Of a stretch of 64,000 bases of DNA, positions 1 through 13,211 are shown piece by piece (position 1 is the first letter of the stretch; each line of letters starts with the position of its first letter). A program made the translations under genes and the position numbers. The stretch comes from Eledone cirrhosa (taxonomy: Eukaryota). The stretch covers positions 108,624,001-108,688,000 of the forward strand of contig OZ024742.1 in the NCBI GenBank assembly GCA_964016885.1, in the 5' to 3' direction. The notes under the pieces are model-generated. The model did no database searches and was not told the DNA's origin. It saw only the letters and a list, made by a program, of their open reading frames with translations.

Positions 1-180
1 TAGTTGATGTGTAAATTCCAATGAGAGAGTCTTGTATCTATGTTAGAAACCGACTCTCTCTCTCTCTCTCTCTCTCTATTGGTAAACATTTGTGAAATTA
101 TAAAACCAGAAGAGCATACATACATAGTCATTATTATACTAGAGCACAATGTATATTAGAACGTTTAACATAAATATAAT

Positions 181-370
181 TGTTTCTACTTTAGGCACAA
201 GGCCAGCAATTACCCAGTGCATTACTGGTACTTTATTTTATCGACCCCGTAAGGATGAAAGGCAAAGTCAACCTCGGCGGGATTTGAACTCAGATCGTAA
301 AGGGACGTAACTATGCTGGAAAGCATGGCGTCCGACCCTCCACCGATACTGCCAATCCACCGCCATTATA
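181..370 (-). mobile_element. tRNA-derived SINE, full length with TSD
   Basis: Reverse complement of the 53167-53350 copy; A-box-like TGGCAGTATCGG and B-box GAGTTCAAATCC; 17-bp TSD tttaacataaatataat at 164-180 and 371-387. Confidence 0.9.
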
Positions 371-1047
371 TTTAACATAAATATAATGTAGATATGACTA
401 CAAAATTTAAATTAAAAATCTCGCTGTGAAAAGAATGAAATGTAGACACATTCCCTTATTGGATAAATGTATGCTGTTAACACTTCCTTCTCTTCATAAT
501 GATGTTTCTAGTTCAACATTTTTAGTCATTTCTACATTAAATGTAACTTAACTCTTCTAATAAAATGTTTGTTCTGTCAGAAATGTGTGGTATTCAATTA
601 AGTTGCCAATTTACGTTTTATCGAATCAGGAAAGATGAAACGGCTGGATTTGCAGAGAGCCCAAACAAATACCGTTAAAAAGCATCCTCTCCAACGTGTT
701 AACGTCTCTGCCAATGCGTCACCTTGGGTAACAGTTTCTATCAGGTTATCAGTTTATTAAAACACTACAGGAAGACGCTACAAAATCATATTGTGTCCCT
801 CGTTCGCTCAGCCCCAACCACTTTACTTGGGCTTTGGTTATGATTCATTCAACTTTCTTTAGTAATTTTTAAAACCTCTGTTCCAGTGGTCCCTAAACTG
901 GGGTCCATTGTGGTGAAAATATTGAGAAGTATTTCTACATCAACTTTTCAATTAAGAAATACATTAATGTTTATGTAAATATTTCTGTAGTTTAATTTTA
1001 TTACTATTATCATCCTAATGTATGTATATACAGACATACATAATACT

Positions 1048-1094
1048 TATTGTTGTTGCTATTATCATAATTATTGTTGTTGTTATTGTTGTTG

Positions 1095-1161
<67 letters not shown>

Positions 1162-1193
1162 TATTATTATTATTATTACTATTATTATTATCA
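1048..1193. repeat. (GTT)n/(ATT)n microsatellite
   Basis: Direct inspection; explains the poly-Y/poly-I ORFs. Confidence 0.95.
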
Positions 1194-2014
1194 TTTACAT
1201 TGGCAAAGCTAATTACCTAATGCATTTTAATAGCAACAAGCATGCTTTCCATTTACAAATGGTTTTTATTTTTTATTTTTTCTAGAATCTAACTTGTACT
1301 AAAGCAAATTAATTTTGTGTTTATCTTCTTTATATGTTCGTATTTATTTACATATACATTTAGATAATCATAGTTTAAGAAATAAAATATCAAAATGATG
1401 CACATCGAGAGTAAAACATCGAATGTTATATTGATTAAATTTCTGACGTGATACTGCAAAAGTGCGAGGGATTTAGTGGTTAAAGTGTTCGGATCTCGAT
1501 TGTAGGTTTATTTGCTGGTGGCACGTTGTTTAATTGAGTTAATACACTTCATTTTATATTGTACATATGTACATACATTTTCACATATACATTCTGAAGC
1601 CTCCCTGTTCTCCTTGGAATATAAAGCAGCAAATATCTGCCTTATGATCCGCAGTCAACAGGCATACACACTCCTATACAGAGAGATATGTATGACATAT
1701 GCTTATAAAAAATATGTAGATACAATAGGGGTCGGGAGGCATACAAAACCGAACTTGTGGAAAAACTATCTGCAAATATGTTTATATTTGGTTGGTATAG
1801 ATACTATATTATCTATCTATATGTGTTTGTTTGTTGTTGTTTTTTTTGGGGGGGGGGGTAACATTGGCAGTGTACAAAATAATATATTAATAAAGTATAA
1901 AGTAGTAATAAGATATAACTTGAATAAAAAAAAGTTATTATCCATAATTTGAATCGTGATTTATTAAGATATATGAATTGGTTGTTAAACGGGAAGAATA
2001 TATATATATATATA

Positions 2015-2716
2015 TGGTTCATCTGAATCATTGAGCGCTTGCCACACATCTCGGAAGTTGTTTTTCGTTAATTCCTAAGCCGAAATACGATTCTCGCTAA
2101 TTTATATTTGTATTAATCTCCAGAGTCTAGCTATTGACCAGTTAATTTTCTTGATTTTTTTAGTTGATTCTATTGACTGATGAATAGCTTATGTTAACTT
2201 ATAACCATTCTGTTGAGAGCTTAATTCGTTTTGTGATGTTTTGCATTCTTGCAATAATATACACATACTGAATTCATCCGCCTAAAATAAGGGTTGCCTC
2301 CCTTGCCGAGCCCCACGTGGGGTCGGTAACGGTCATTCCTTAAATTAGCACTCGAACTAAAACCTGTTGAAAAAGTGCCTTTCTTGTTCAATCATCTTAC
2401 CAGAAGCCTAACATTATTTGTGTAAGCGGACAGTACTTGATTTAGGAGTCGCAGAAACCCAAATGCTGGATTTTACCAACCATCCAGGGTTCCGGGTTAA
2501 TTTTTTCAATCACATATATTTTTATTTGTTTGACCCGAATTACTTGGTCGTTCTTATGACTGTGCGGATGATTGTTTAACCATCGTCTCAGTGTGTTTGG
2601 CATTTAACCTATGTTGTAGCTCTGGTTCATCTGAATGATTGAGCGCTTGCCACACATCTCGGAAGTTGGTTTTCGTTAATTCCTAAGCCGAAATACAATT
2701 CTCGCTAATTTATATT

Positions 2717-2720
<4 letters not shown>
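2015..2720 (+). mobile_element. PLE-type pseudo-LTR partial tandem between (TA)n tracts
   Basis: About 95-bp direct repeat (tggttcatctgaat..tatttgtat) at ~2015-2112 and ~2622-2720; contains the bulged 3' hairpin; (TA)n on both sides. Confidence 0.6.
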
Positions 2721-2779
<59 letters not shown>

Positions 2780-2789
2780 AGTAAGTCAA

Positions 2790-3500
2790 ACATGTCTATA
2801 TTACTGTCATGTCTTTGTCTGGCAACATAGAAATTAAAATAATATCTAAGTATACAAATAACTCAACAGGTAAACAAATCAGAGAAGCAACTGAGATAGA
2901 ACTAAGAAAACCAAAGTTAAACAGAAAGAACGAATGGAATAACAACAACAACCATACCCAAACAAACAATACTGACCGAAGGGAAATATAAATAAATAAA
3001 TATATACACAAGTACAATAACAACAAACACATATAAACACACACTAATGAACAAAGATAGAATACAAAGACAAAAACAGATACACTCAAATACGAACACA
3101 AATAACAAACATTAAACACACACGCAAACGCATGCGCAAACAGAGACAGAGACAAGAAGAAATAAATAAATAAATAAAATAAAAATGGCGTAGGCATTAC
3201 AATACAACGGGAGGAAAAATGATAGTATCACTGATGATGTCACAGATGTGTGACAAAAGAACTTTGATAGACTATATATACAATTTATATCTGTATTTTT
3301 AATCATTGGTCAATCAATGATAAACATTGATTGCCAGATAAATTAAATATGGAGATATAAAAGACACAGAAGTGAAAACCAACCCAAACCAAACAGTGAG
3401 TGCGTTCTGTTATTATTTCTGGCAATATTATAACAATATGACCCTCCCCAAGTATAACAATATTTGTTTTGACACACTATTTCATATCATAACCTTGCAA

Positions 3501-3507
<7 letters not shown>
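2790..3507 (+). mobile_element. Penelope-like element 3' fragment (GIY-YIG C-terminus plus pLTR)
   Basis: NIEIKIISKY..QIREATEIELRKPKLNRKNEW is homologous to the 47021 and 61837 ORFs; degenerate hammerhead at 3226; ends in (TA)n. Confidence 0.8.
3226..3269 (+). ncRNA. Degenerate minimal type I hammerhead ribozyme
   Basis: tatca-CTGATGA-tgtcaca/tgtgac-AAAA(G12>A)-gaac-TT-tgata; stem I covaries with the 47484 and 61586 copies. Confidence 0.6.
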
Positions 3508-3593
<86 letters not shown>

Positions 3594-3598
<5 letters not shown>

Positions 3599-3971
3599 AT
3601 AAGAAACGGAGGGTCAGTGTTGCGACGAATACAATTTATTAGACATATTACAATCGTTTCTCTGGCGACCAACTCGAGGCACGATCGATGTAATGATCGA
3701 ACCTGACTCGAAATTGCAAGGTCCTCAGATACGTCTCGATTCTACGAAGCAGAGTTTCCAAATGTCCAGTTACACCCGCGGCCCTCACTGGGCAGCTTAT
3801 ATCGATCGTGCCTCGAGTTGGTCGCCAGAGAAACGATTGTAACATGTCTAATAAATTGTATTCGTCGCAACACTGATTCTCCGTTTCTTATGTGATATCA
3901 TACTCTGCTCTGTAAGGGCATCGAGTGCTCAAACGGCCTACCGCTTACGTACGCTTTAAGCATCCAACACC

Positions 3972-3975
<4 letters not shown>
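3594..3975 (+). mobile_element. Fold-back PLE pLTR fragment (about 96-bp inverted arms)
   Basis: Arms ~3594-3689 and ~3801-3897; contains hammerhead 3' half GAAAC-gatt-GTA and the bulged hairpin at 3902-3926; flanked by (TA)n. Confidence 0.75.
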
Positions 3976-4053
<78 letters not shown>

Positions 4054-4187
4054 ACATATGTAAATATACATATATACACATATACAAATACATATACACA
4101 TTCATATACATACTTATATATATATACATATACATATATATCAATATATGCTTTTATACATATTCATGAATATATACATACATATAT

Positions 4188-4226
<39 letters not shown>

Positions 4227-4399
4227 CACTAGGTTTATCACCTTTTGACTTTTGTAGAATTGATTTCCTGTATCATAATTCGATGAAGTAAAGTTCATCG
4301 ATTTATAAGTCAGGAACAGAGGGTTACAAAAACGTCATAACCTTAATATACACATATATATATACATATACACACACATATATATACATATATATATAT

Positions 4400-4496
<97 letters not shown>

Positions 4497-4723
4497 TATA
4501 TACATTTACATATACATTCAAACATACATATATTGAATTGAATTAGTAACTTCGCCGCATATACTAACATATACGCATATACTAACATATACGCCGCATA
4601 TACTAACTACAGAAAATATCATGAAATCACTAATTCAATTCCATGTTCAAATTCCACAGCTGGCTTCTAATCTCGTAATGTTTACATACCCACCACACAG
4701 ATGCACATACACACACACACACA

Positions 4724-4755
<32 letters not shown>

Positions 4756-4758
<3 letters not shown>

Positions 4759-4908
4759 TCGGATCTATTCATTGGAATCTTTGAGCTTATTCTACGGTGG
4801 ATATTGCGCATGTCTCGGACATGACTCCCTTAATTTAATTTAATTTAATTTATTTATATATATATAAATATATATATAAATATATATATAAATATATATA
4901 TATATGTA

Positions 4909-4953
<45 letters not shown>

Positions 4954-5081
4954 GTATATGTATATAACCAAAATTAAATTAAGGGTATCATGTCTGAGAG
5001 ACAAGTGCCATACATCTGTAGAATATGCTCAAAAATTCCAATGAATAGATCCGAGCATTTATATAAACTTGAAATCGATTG

Positions 5082-5137
<56 letters not shown>

Positions 5138-5392
5138 AACATATGAAACAATCACAGGGGATAATTTGTAAAGAGTGTAAGCACACACAGCTTGGTAGGT
5201 AACTAATTAAATTTAATTAGAACTTCAAATAAAGATGCCTTTTAAAATGATTAATCTCTTTTGTATATATTTCATTAAATAAAGAAATATATTTCACCAT
5301 CAATCGGTAAATCACAGAAGTCAAATCCCGGATCGTCAGTAAGCTGTGTGTGATTACACTCTTTACAAATTATCCCCTGTGATTGTTTCATA
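4756..5392. repeat. Two inverted-repeat pairs among (TA)n tracts, probably PLE pLTR remnants
   Basis: 4756-4840 is inverted versus 4972-5058; 5143-5193 is inverted versus 5341-5392. Confidence 0.65.
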
Positions 5393-5457
5393 TATTTCTT
5401 TTATATATATATATATATGTCAATCAATTTCTAGTTGATATATATGTATATATATTT

Positions 5458-5635
5458 CTGAGTATGAAAAACTCAGAGCTGTATGGGAGCCTCCCAAACG
5501 TCAGCTCAAAAGTGACACAGAGGAGACTGAGGTTAGCTGGACATGCTCACCGACATCCAGAGTTGACATTGCACTCAGTGCTCCTGTGGGAGCCCCTACA
5601 TTGACACACTGGAAGAGGAAGACCAAGGTTAACGT
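5458..5635 (+). mobile_element. RTE LINE 3' fragment
   Basis: MKNSELYGSLP..RRLRLAGHAHRHPEL..LLWEP; same family as the 35.9 kb and 50 kb copies. Confidence 0.85.
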
Positions 5636-5896
5636 TGGTTGTGTATACATGTGGTTATTCTTTTAAATTTCCAATTGAGTTCTTATACACGTGGTTAATA
5701 CCTAACAGGTTTAATTGACCAGCGTGTATATTGTTTTATTTTAAGATGACCTCCCTTTACCCTTTTGGGAACAGCGTGTATTTTTTTTTTGAGAGAACTG
5801 CTGGATTCTAATCTACCAGTCTCTTCTTAGCGCTGAGGGAGACCATCACCATTCTGTTAATGTCGATATAATTCTCATATCGTTATTGATTGGGCA

Positions 5897-6020
5897 TCCA
5901 CTGATGAGTTTATAAGAGCCCGCTTGTGTATAAAACTATGGATTATATACAGGTTTCTGCATAACCTGGAAATTATTTATCCCAAATTGTAGAAATCTTA
6001 TAACGAAACGGCCGTCTGGA
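5897..6020 (+). ncRNA. Type I hammerhead ribozyme with about 95-nt stem II insertion
   Basis: tcca-CTGATGA-gtttataaga...tcttataac-GAAAC-ggcc-GTC-tgga; palindromic stem III loop; GUC cleavage triplet. Confidence 0.8.
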
Positions 6021-6244
6021 AGAAATGAGATATTTATTTAATAATGTCTCATATAAAATAATACAACCAATTATCCACGAAATACTGATTAGTTAGCACC
6101 CCAAACACTAAATTGGGATAATACTTAAGTATATCCTAATGTTTGTGAGATGGAGTTGGTCGGAGTATCGCTTAAGGCTTTCTCTGTTTATGTATTGTGT
6201 GTATATATATATACATGGCTGAATACAATAAATGTAATCTGAGT

Positions 6245-6779
6245 TTTTTTAATATTAATAATAACATTCGATTCGTTTGCAATTTTGCAAACAAGCCTCA
6301 ATTTTATAGCCATGCCAGTAGAATGAACAGTTCATTCTTGCTCTTCATGGCTGAATACAATAAATGTTTATTGTATTCAGCGATGTAGAACGAAATTTTC
6401 TTTTTTGAATTTGGCAAATATATCGCTCGTATACAGGAAACTGACTGGCCAGTCTGCTGATATGCAAATCTGGCTGATCAGTGGATCTGCTAATAAGCAG
6501 ATCTGACTGATCAGCCAGTCTGCTAATATTCAAATCGGGCCGATCAGTCACTGTGTATTTTTGAAAATAGCATATATTTTCACTAGCTCTGACAGTTTGG
6601 TAGGTGGACAGTGAGCTGTACAGATGAAGGGTGATACCCAGAAATATTAGTGTCTGCAGTTCTTGTCGCATGCCAACACAAGAGCAAGAATGAAGTGTTC
6701 ATTCTACTGACATGGCTATAAAATTGAGGCTTGTTTGCAAAATTACAAATGAATCTAATGTTATTATTAATATTCGAAA

Positions 6780-6781
<2 letters not shown>
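6245..6781. mobile_element. Fold-back/MITE-like element with about 100-bp terminal inverted repeats
   Basis: 6245-6346 is inverted versus 6680-6781; internal ~30-bp tandem (ctgactgatcagccagtctgctaata..) at 6440-6550; (TA)n nearby on both sides. Confidence 0.65.
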
Positions 6782-6821
<40 letters not shown>

Positions 6822-6825
<4 letters not shown>

Positions 6826-7351
6826 TTAGTCCTTCATCAGTGATCTTCCAGCCTTCATTGGTATTTCATCGCTTTAAAGACCATATACCTCCGGCTGGCG
6901 CGAGCAACGACTAAAGAAAGTCGTTGGGTCACGTAAATAGGGGGAACGAGCGAGACAGTAAACAAACAAAGATGGTAATGCAACGAAAAGTGAGGAAGAA
7001 GGAGTCAAGTCCCTGAAATCGATGAACATAAGTTCTTTGAAATCGTAGACGAGAGAGAATAAAGACCATCCGACATGTAAATGAGGAATGAATTTCGCAC
7101 AGGTCAAACGGGAGGAAGTAGGAGAGGGAGTAGCAGAGAGTGAGTGAGTGAAAGTGTGAGGAAGAGGCTAACAGAGAGAGTGACTGGCAGAGGGGGTAAA
7201 AGGAAGTGAGAGATACGGAGAAAGGGGAAGCAGTAAGAAAGAAACAGACGGGTCACAGCGGAGGAAAATATATAAATATATGAAATCATGGCGTGCTGCG
7301 TGGTTGCAAATAGGTTACATATGAATAAATTTAGTCCTTCACTGATGAAGA
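6822..7351 (-). mobile_element. ORF-less pLTR-like unit of about 505 bp, related to the 53.4-54.4 kb tandem
   Basis: aaatttagtccttca repeated at 6822 and 7328; shares atcaCTGATGAnggac, tgcaacca and a GA-rich tract with the 53.4 kb unit. Confidence 0.6.
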
Positions 7352-8025
7352 CAGGAAGACGATACTTTGGTTCATGTAAACGTTCCCTGGCAAAGAACGG
7401 GAAAAACGAAGATAACACGTCATTATTTGGAGCGATGAAAAACAAATTCACGCAAAGACAAAACCACGTTTATGGTATAACTGAAGTCGTAGACTAAAAT
7501 TCTAACTAGGAAACCGAATGATTCTCGGCTTCAGAGTTAAGAATAAAGTAAATAAAATACAGGAGTAAATGAAATTAAATAAATACATACACGCATCCAT
7601 ATACGTACATACACAAGCATACGCGAAAACACTCGCCATAGGTATATAAATACACGCACGTACACAAAAAAAAAAAAAAAAGCAAAACAAAAACCGCACG
7701 CACATATATAACCCACGCAACGCCTGTACCCGCACGCATACGAATGTATACACCAAATACACATAAAAATATATATTAAAATGTATCATCTTCCTGTCTT
7801 CCTCCGGTTGCAACGTTTTTTGAAATATTCACTTCTGCGTTCACAGATTGACTTTGTTAGTTTCACAAGATCCCGTTAAGGGTGAAAGAAGCGATTCCTT
7901 GCTTAAACTTTAATCTGTTATTTTAATAAATATTTGCTCTACGGTTCTTATATATTTGATATATATTTATCCTTATCGAGCCCTCTTTGGATTTTAGTCT
8001 TCACATTTATTATTATAACTATATA

Positions 8026-8063
<38 letters not shown>

Positions 8064-8339
8064 CCTCACAAAAAGATGGAATTCAGAAATATAATCCCAA
8101 ACTACAAAAGTTTCGATCACTTATTATAATCTGAAAAAAAAAGAGATTATACTAAAAAGTAAGAAGGCTAAAATATACAGAAACCTATGCCAGGACTCCT
8201 TCGCAAGGGGAGCAGGAAAGAGACAAACAAGAGCAATCAAACAGTTAGGTCTCATGACTGAACAATTAAACATGATAGCTTCACAACTGAGAAGGATGGA
8301 AATTGTAACAGATGAACAATAATAATTTGCAAGCAAATA

Positions 8340-8997
8340 AGACGTACCTTTGTTCACCTCGTTGTTGTTGCTGCTTTCACAGTTGCTCTTGTTGTTGGTG
8401 TTGTTGTTGTCGCTGTTGCAGTTTGTGTTTATGTTGTTCTTGATGCAGTTATTGTTGTTGTTCTTGGTGCAGATATTGTTGTTGTTCTTTTCGTTGTTGC
8501 AGTTGGAGATGGTGTTGTTATTTTGGCAGTTGTTGTTGGTGTTATTGACGTTATTGTTCTCACTTGTTTTCTCGCTGTTGTTGTTGTTGCAGTTGTTGTT
8601 GGTGGCGTTGTCATTATTATGGTTGTTGCTTTCATTTATTTTGTTTTTGCTGTCGGTGCTGCTGTTGGCGATGCTGCCTAATGTGGTGTTGGTGTTTGTA
8701 GTGGTTGTGTGAGGGGCAGTTTTACTTCGCTCGACGTTTAAGTCGCTGTGACTTGAATTAACGGGAGGAGCGTGTCTCATTCATTTTTTTTTTTTATTTT
8801 GAAGAAAAGAAATGAAAAAAAAAATTATGTTCAAATATTTGGGCTCAAAAAGCCCCAATATTATAGGATCACCTTTACGCAGGGCAAAGACGGGTGTCTT
8901 ATGACCCTTTTGTCACAAAAATACAACAATAAATTCAATGCAAAATCTTGGAAATTAACCAACTCACGGAGCACACAAAAACTCGTATTCACAGCCC
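8340..8997 (-). mobile_element. 5' end (5'UTR plus Asn/Thr-rich ORF1 start) of a divergent Tx1-like copy (unit A)
   Basis: UTR similarity (ttgggctcaaaaagccccaat vs ttgggcacaaggccccaat at 14761); A-rich leader; N/T-rich ORF from 8780 resembling 14716..14123. Confidence 0.65.
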
Positions 8998-9290
8998 AAT
9001 AATAATATTAATAATAATATTAATAATAATAATAATAATAATAATGTTTTCTCTATTAACCACAAGGGTTTACATGAAGTAGACATTAAGGACAGTACAG
9101 GACAATACAGGACGGTACAAATGGGCATTTCTGCGTGTAAAAAAAAACAGAGGATGTAATAAAATAACAAAGAAAAATTCCCCAATAGGGGGGAGACTTC
9201 CGAGGGACATTTGTGGAGAAAGCCCATTAAAAGACCACAGTAACCCTGACCACCAGGGCAAGTGCCCTCTCCCAGTTTTCCACCTTTAAT

Positions 9291-12200
9291 TTACAGACAC
9301 ATACTCAGAGTAGGCCCATTCACTCGGGCCATACTTGCTTCTCTCACCCATCTTTCAACAAAATGCTGGGAAGAGAGCACTTCCCTCTCTACCCTGATTT
9401 TCCTTTTCAAATGAAATTTGAAAAAGTTAATCAAGGCATCACCGAAGAGGTAAGTGCTCGTCTTCAGCCCTTTCAAACGTGTCCACCATACTATCTCTTT
9501 CGCCATGGCCACCAGACAGATAAAAACTGCCTGCCCTTCCCGGCTAAAGGAAGAGGGCGGGGCAATCCTCACGATGGACTCAGCTGATAGCTAGATCCGT
9601 CCTACACGTGACAGCAGGTGTTCGATATAAACCCACAAGTCAGCAATGCTCGGACACTGGACGAGTGCGTGCAGGACGGTTTCGTCGCCCTGCGCGCATC
9701 TCGGACATGCCCGGCTGACGGCACCTCCATGCCTGTAGAGTTTATCCCGAACTGGCAAAGCTCCCCGGTAGTACTGCCAGGCCAGGGATTTCTGGAAGTT
9801 GTCCATAGGCCCCGGCCCGAAAATCCTTCCGAAGAGATTGGCTAGTTGATTTTCGTCGACGCCTAGAGTTTCTCCAAGTACGTCGTCGCTCTTCCCCTCC
9901 ACTAATCCTCTATAGAACGCCAAGGTGGAGTTTCCACCGATCACATTGCCCGATTGGTCGAGGGCTGTGAGCGCCTGAAGACATTCCAGTCTCCAAGCGC
10001 TCCCTCTCGGTCTTCGCTTGACCCAGGACTGCAGCTCCGTCAAGGAGACGAGCTGGGGAAAGACATGTCTAGCAAACGGCGACCACACCTGATCACCGTC
10101 GAGGAAGAGGTGGAGATGTCGTAGCCTGAGTGCGTGTCTGCGCACCATCAGCCACGGCATGCCCAGCCCTCCACGTAGCGGGTGTTGACAGCAGATGGAC
10201 CGCCTGACCATCGGAGCGCGTCCCTTCCACAAAAAGCGAAAGAGCAAACGCTCCAGCGCAGTCAGGCGGGGTTTAGGACAGGGTACGACGGTCAGGCGGT
10301 AGTAGATGACGGCCGCGATGTACGCGTTAGACACCTCCGCTCGACCTTTCAGGGATAGCTTCCTCTCCGCCCATTTCTGGGTGAGAGAAGCCACCCTGCT
10401 CGTCACCTCATCCCAGATTTTGTCCGTCTGGAGGTCCGGACCGAACCAAACCCCTAGCAATTTAACCGGTCCGTCCGTCCAGCGCCCAACGGCGCTGTTG
10501 GACGGCATGGACCTGCCTCTCCAGGTGCCGAGCTGCAAGCCCACAGACTTTTCCTGATTGATCATTGCTCCTGTTACCGCTTCGTATTCTCTTAGTGTAG
10601 TGCCGATCGCCTCGGTGTGTTTGGCGTTCGACACCACTACGGTGACATCGTCAGCATATGCTGACACGGATCTTCCGCATCCTAGTTCGCGCGGGACCAC
10701 CCTCAACGTCTCCAGTTTGTGCAGTAATGGCTCGAGAGTCAATACGTACAAGAGGGACGCGAGGGGACATCCTTGGCGGACCGAGCGCATGATGTTTAAC
10801 GGTTCCGAAAGGGGACCGTTCACTCGCACCACAGAGCAGATGTCGCTGTGCATGGCAGCGATCCAGCCTCTGAAGACGGGCCCAAAGCCAGCCGCCCTCA
10901 GGACTGCCGCTAAGTAACGATGGTCGACCCTATCGAAAGCTTTCGACTGATCTAAATTGATCAAGGACCCACCCGTGCCAGGTTCCGTAGCTACCCTCTC
11001 TACGATGTATCGCATGAGGTGGAGGTTGTCGTGGATGGATCTGTCCGGAATGGCGCACGTCTACGCCTCCCCCACCAGACCACCAACGACAAGCGCCAAC
11101 CTCTTTGCTAGCACCTTGGCCAAAATCTTGAACTCTGTGTTTAGCAGAGTTATGGGCCTAAAATTATCTATGTTATCCCCCTTGTTCGGATCCTTTCTCA
11201 GCAGCGCCACCGCTCCTCGGCTCACAGAGCTGGGAATTCTCCCGTTCTGTTGCCAGTTGCAGTAGACGTCCGCCAAGAGGCCTCCTAACAAGTCTGGCAT
11301 TTGTACGTAAAGTTCATAGGGCAGACCATCCAAACCAGGCGATTTACCCTTTGTGCAGTCAGTCATTGCCTCCCGTACTTCAGCGGTTGTTATCGGCTTT
11401 TCGCAACACTCCGCCTCAGTAACCGAGAGCCGCGGCAGCCCGTCGAGGTAGACACTAAAGTCCATCCCTCGATCCGGCCCGCCGCTGCCCCCGAACAGTT
11501 GAGCGAAGTGTCGCTGAAAAGCTTCACACATTTGCCCGGGATCGAGTAGCATGCGGATCGTGGCTTTGTTGCCACGACGCGCCTCCGCCACTCGGGCCCA
11601 TTGAACGGCTTTCGTCCCCTCGTGTCTGAGAGCACGCACCCTAGCTCTGACAACGCAGCCTTCGTGCTTTGCATTGAAGAATTGGTCAAGGGGCTATTTC
11701 GCCGCAAGTACGTCGGTCGCGATGCCTTTGCAAAGCGCCTCGTCTAATTTTCTAACTAATTCTCCCTCTGCTCTATTTTTCTCTATTGCTAAAGCCTTAC
11801 TAAACCTAATGGACTCTATTCTAATTGCTCTTTTCAGAGCAAACCACCACTTGTTGTTGACGATGGCCCCCGTCAACGCTCGCTTAACTAGTTCGCTAAT
11901 CCGGTCTCTGTAGGCCTTGCGCGCTGGTAAGGACGCGTTTAGCTTCCAGTAGCCGGGTCCTCGTCTATGAAGCCTATCTAAGTCAAGCACACAGATCACA
12001 AATTTGTGGTCCGTGTAGCTGACTATCTTGAATTGTGGACAGCCTAGGCTAGACCTATCTATTTCCCTACAAAAATACTCTATCTAGATATGATTTGGAT
12101 GACCCTATGCGATTTGTCCAAGTCCACATTGGCACTTTCGGGAAATCCAATTGGTACCTGTCAGACAGTTCAAAACGCCTGAGCAGGTTGGTGAGGCTCT

Positions 12201-12687
12201 TGCACCCTCCACCCCTATCCGCTAATCCCACACAGTCCCAGCGTTCATCTAAGATCCCGTTCCAGTCGCCCACTAACACTAAAGAGCGGGACGTTCCAAG
12301 AAAGGTCTCCAGACGCCGGAAGAGATCAGGCCGCCCTGCTCCTGTCGGGGCATAGACGGCCACTAACCTGAAAGCTTGCCCGTCTCCGCTGGTCACGTCC
12401 AGCACCACCAACTTACCTTCTGGGTCCAGGAAGATGGCCCGTATGGCAAGATCCAAACCTCTCCGAAAAAGCACAGCAACTCCTCCCCCCGATCCCGGAC
12501 GGCTGGGAGATGCGTACACATCGTAGCCGCCGAAGATCAGTGCGAAGGCCCGTGCTTCGGAGATTCTCGTCTCGCTGATGGCCACTACATCTATGTTTAG
12601 TGACCTGAGGTCGTTGAGCAGGTGGCCCTGCTTCCATGACGACCCCAAGCCACGCGCATTTATGCTGCCTATTCTGAGTGAGGTCAT
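9291..12687 (-). pseudogene. Tx1-like ORF2: APE endonuclease, reverse transcriptase, C-terminal zinc finger; disrupted
   Basis: SINARGL, ISETR, VYAP, GDWN, SYLDR (APE); KSPGLDG, FRPITLLN, DQSKAFD, RQGCPL, YADD (RT); CPRC..ETVLHALVQC; +1 frameshift near 12072 and TAG stops at 11694, 11061, 9591. Confidence 0.92.
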
Positions 12688-13211
12688 GTTGAAAAGGAGT
12701 GGAAAAGATGGGAAAGACCACCTACCTTACTTCTCGTAGAGGAAGGACGGTTTTTCCATCCTTTTCACTGCTTGTGGCCTCCTCAGGAAGGATGTCCTTA
12801 TAAATCCTCCTGGAGAGTGCTTGTCGGAAGTCTCCGATGACTTTGGGGAATTTTTGTTTTAGTGTCATGTACGTTTTCTGTGTGATGCGAGTGATTTGTA
12901 TGTGTGGAGGTGGTGTGAATTTTTGGGTTGTTGTGTAGTCTTTTTCTGTGATGCTGGTGTTGTGTTGGATGTAGTGTAATAATTGCTTGTTGTTCAAATT
13001 TAATGCTGTGTAGTGTGTATCGTTTTGGTTGTTTTGTTTTGTTTACGTTTGTTGTGGGTTTGTTTCTGTTTCGCATTTTGGTGACTTTTGTAGTGTAGGT
13101 GATGGTGGTGTTGGGGTTAATGATGGTGATGGTGTTGGTGTTTGGGGTGATGGGGTTGATGATGCTGGTGTGGATGGTGGCATATCTGTCCTAACTTTTT
13201 TGTTTGTTAAT

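Noticed and set aside
8350-8712. Leu-rich, membrane-like ORF on the plus strand (also 14292..14567)
   Set aside because: Antisense of the (AAC)n-rich Tx1 ORF1 region.
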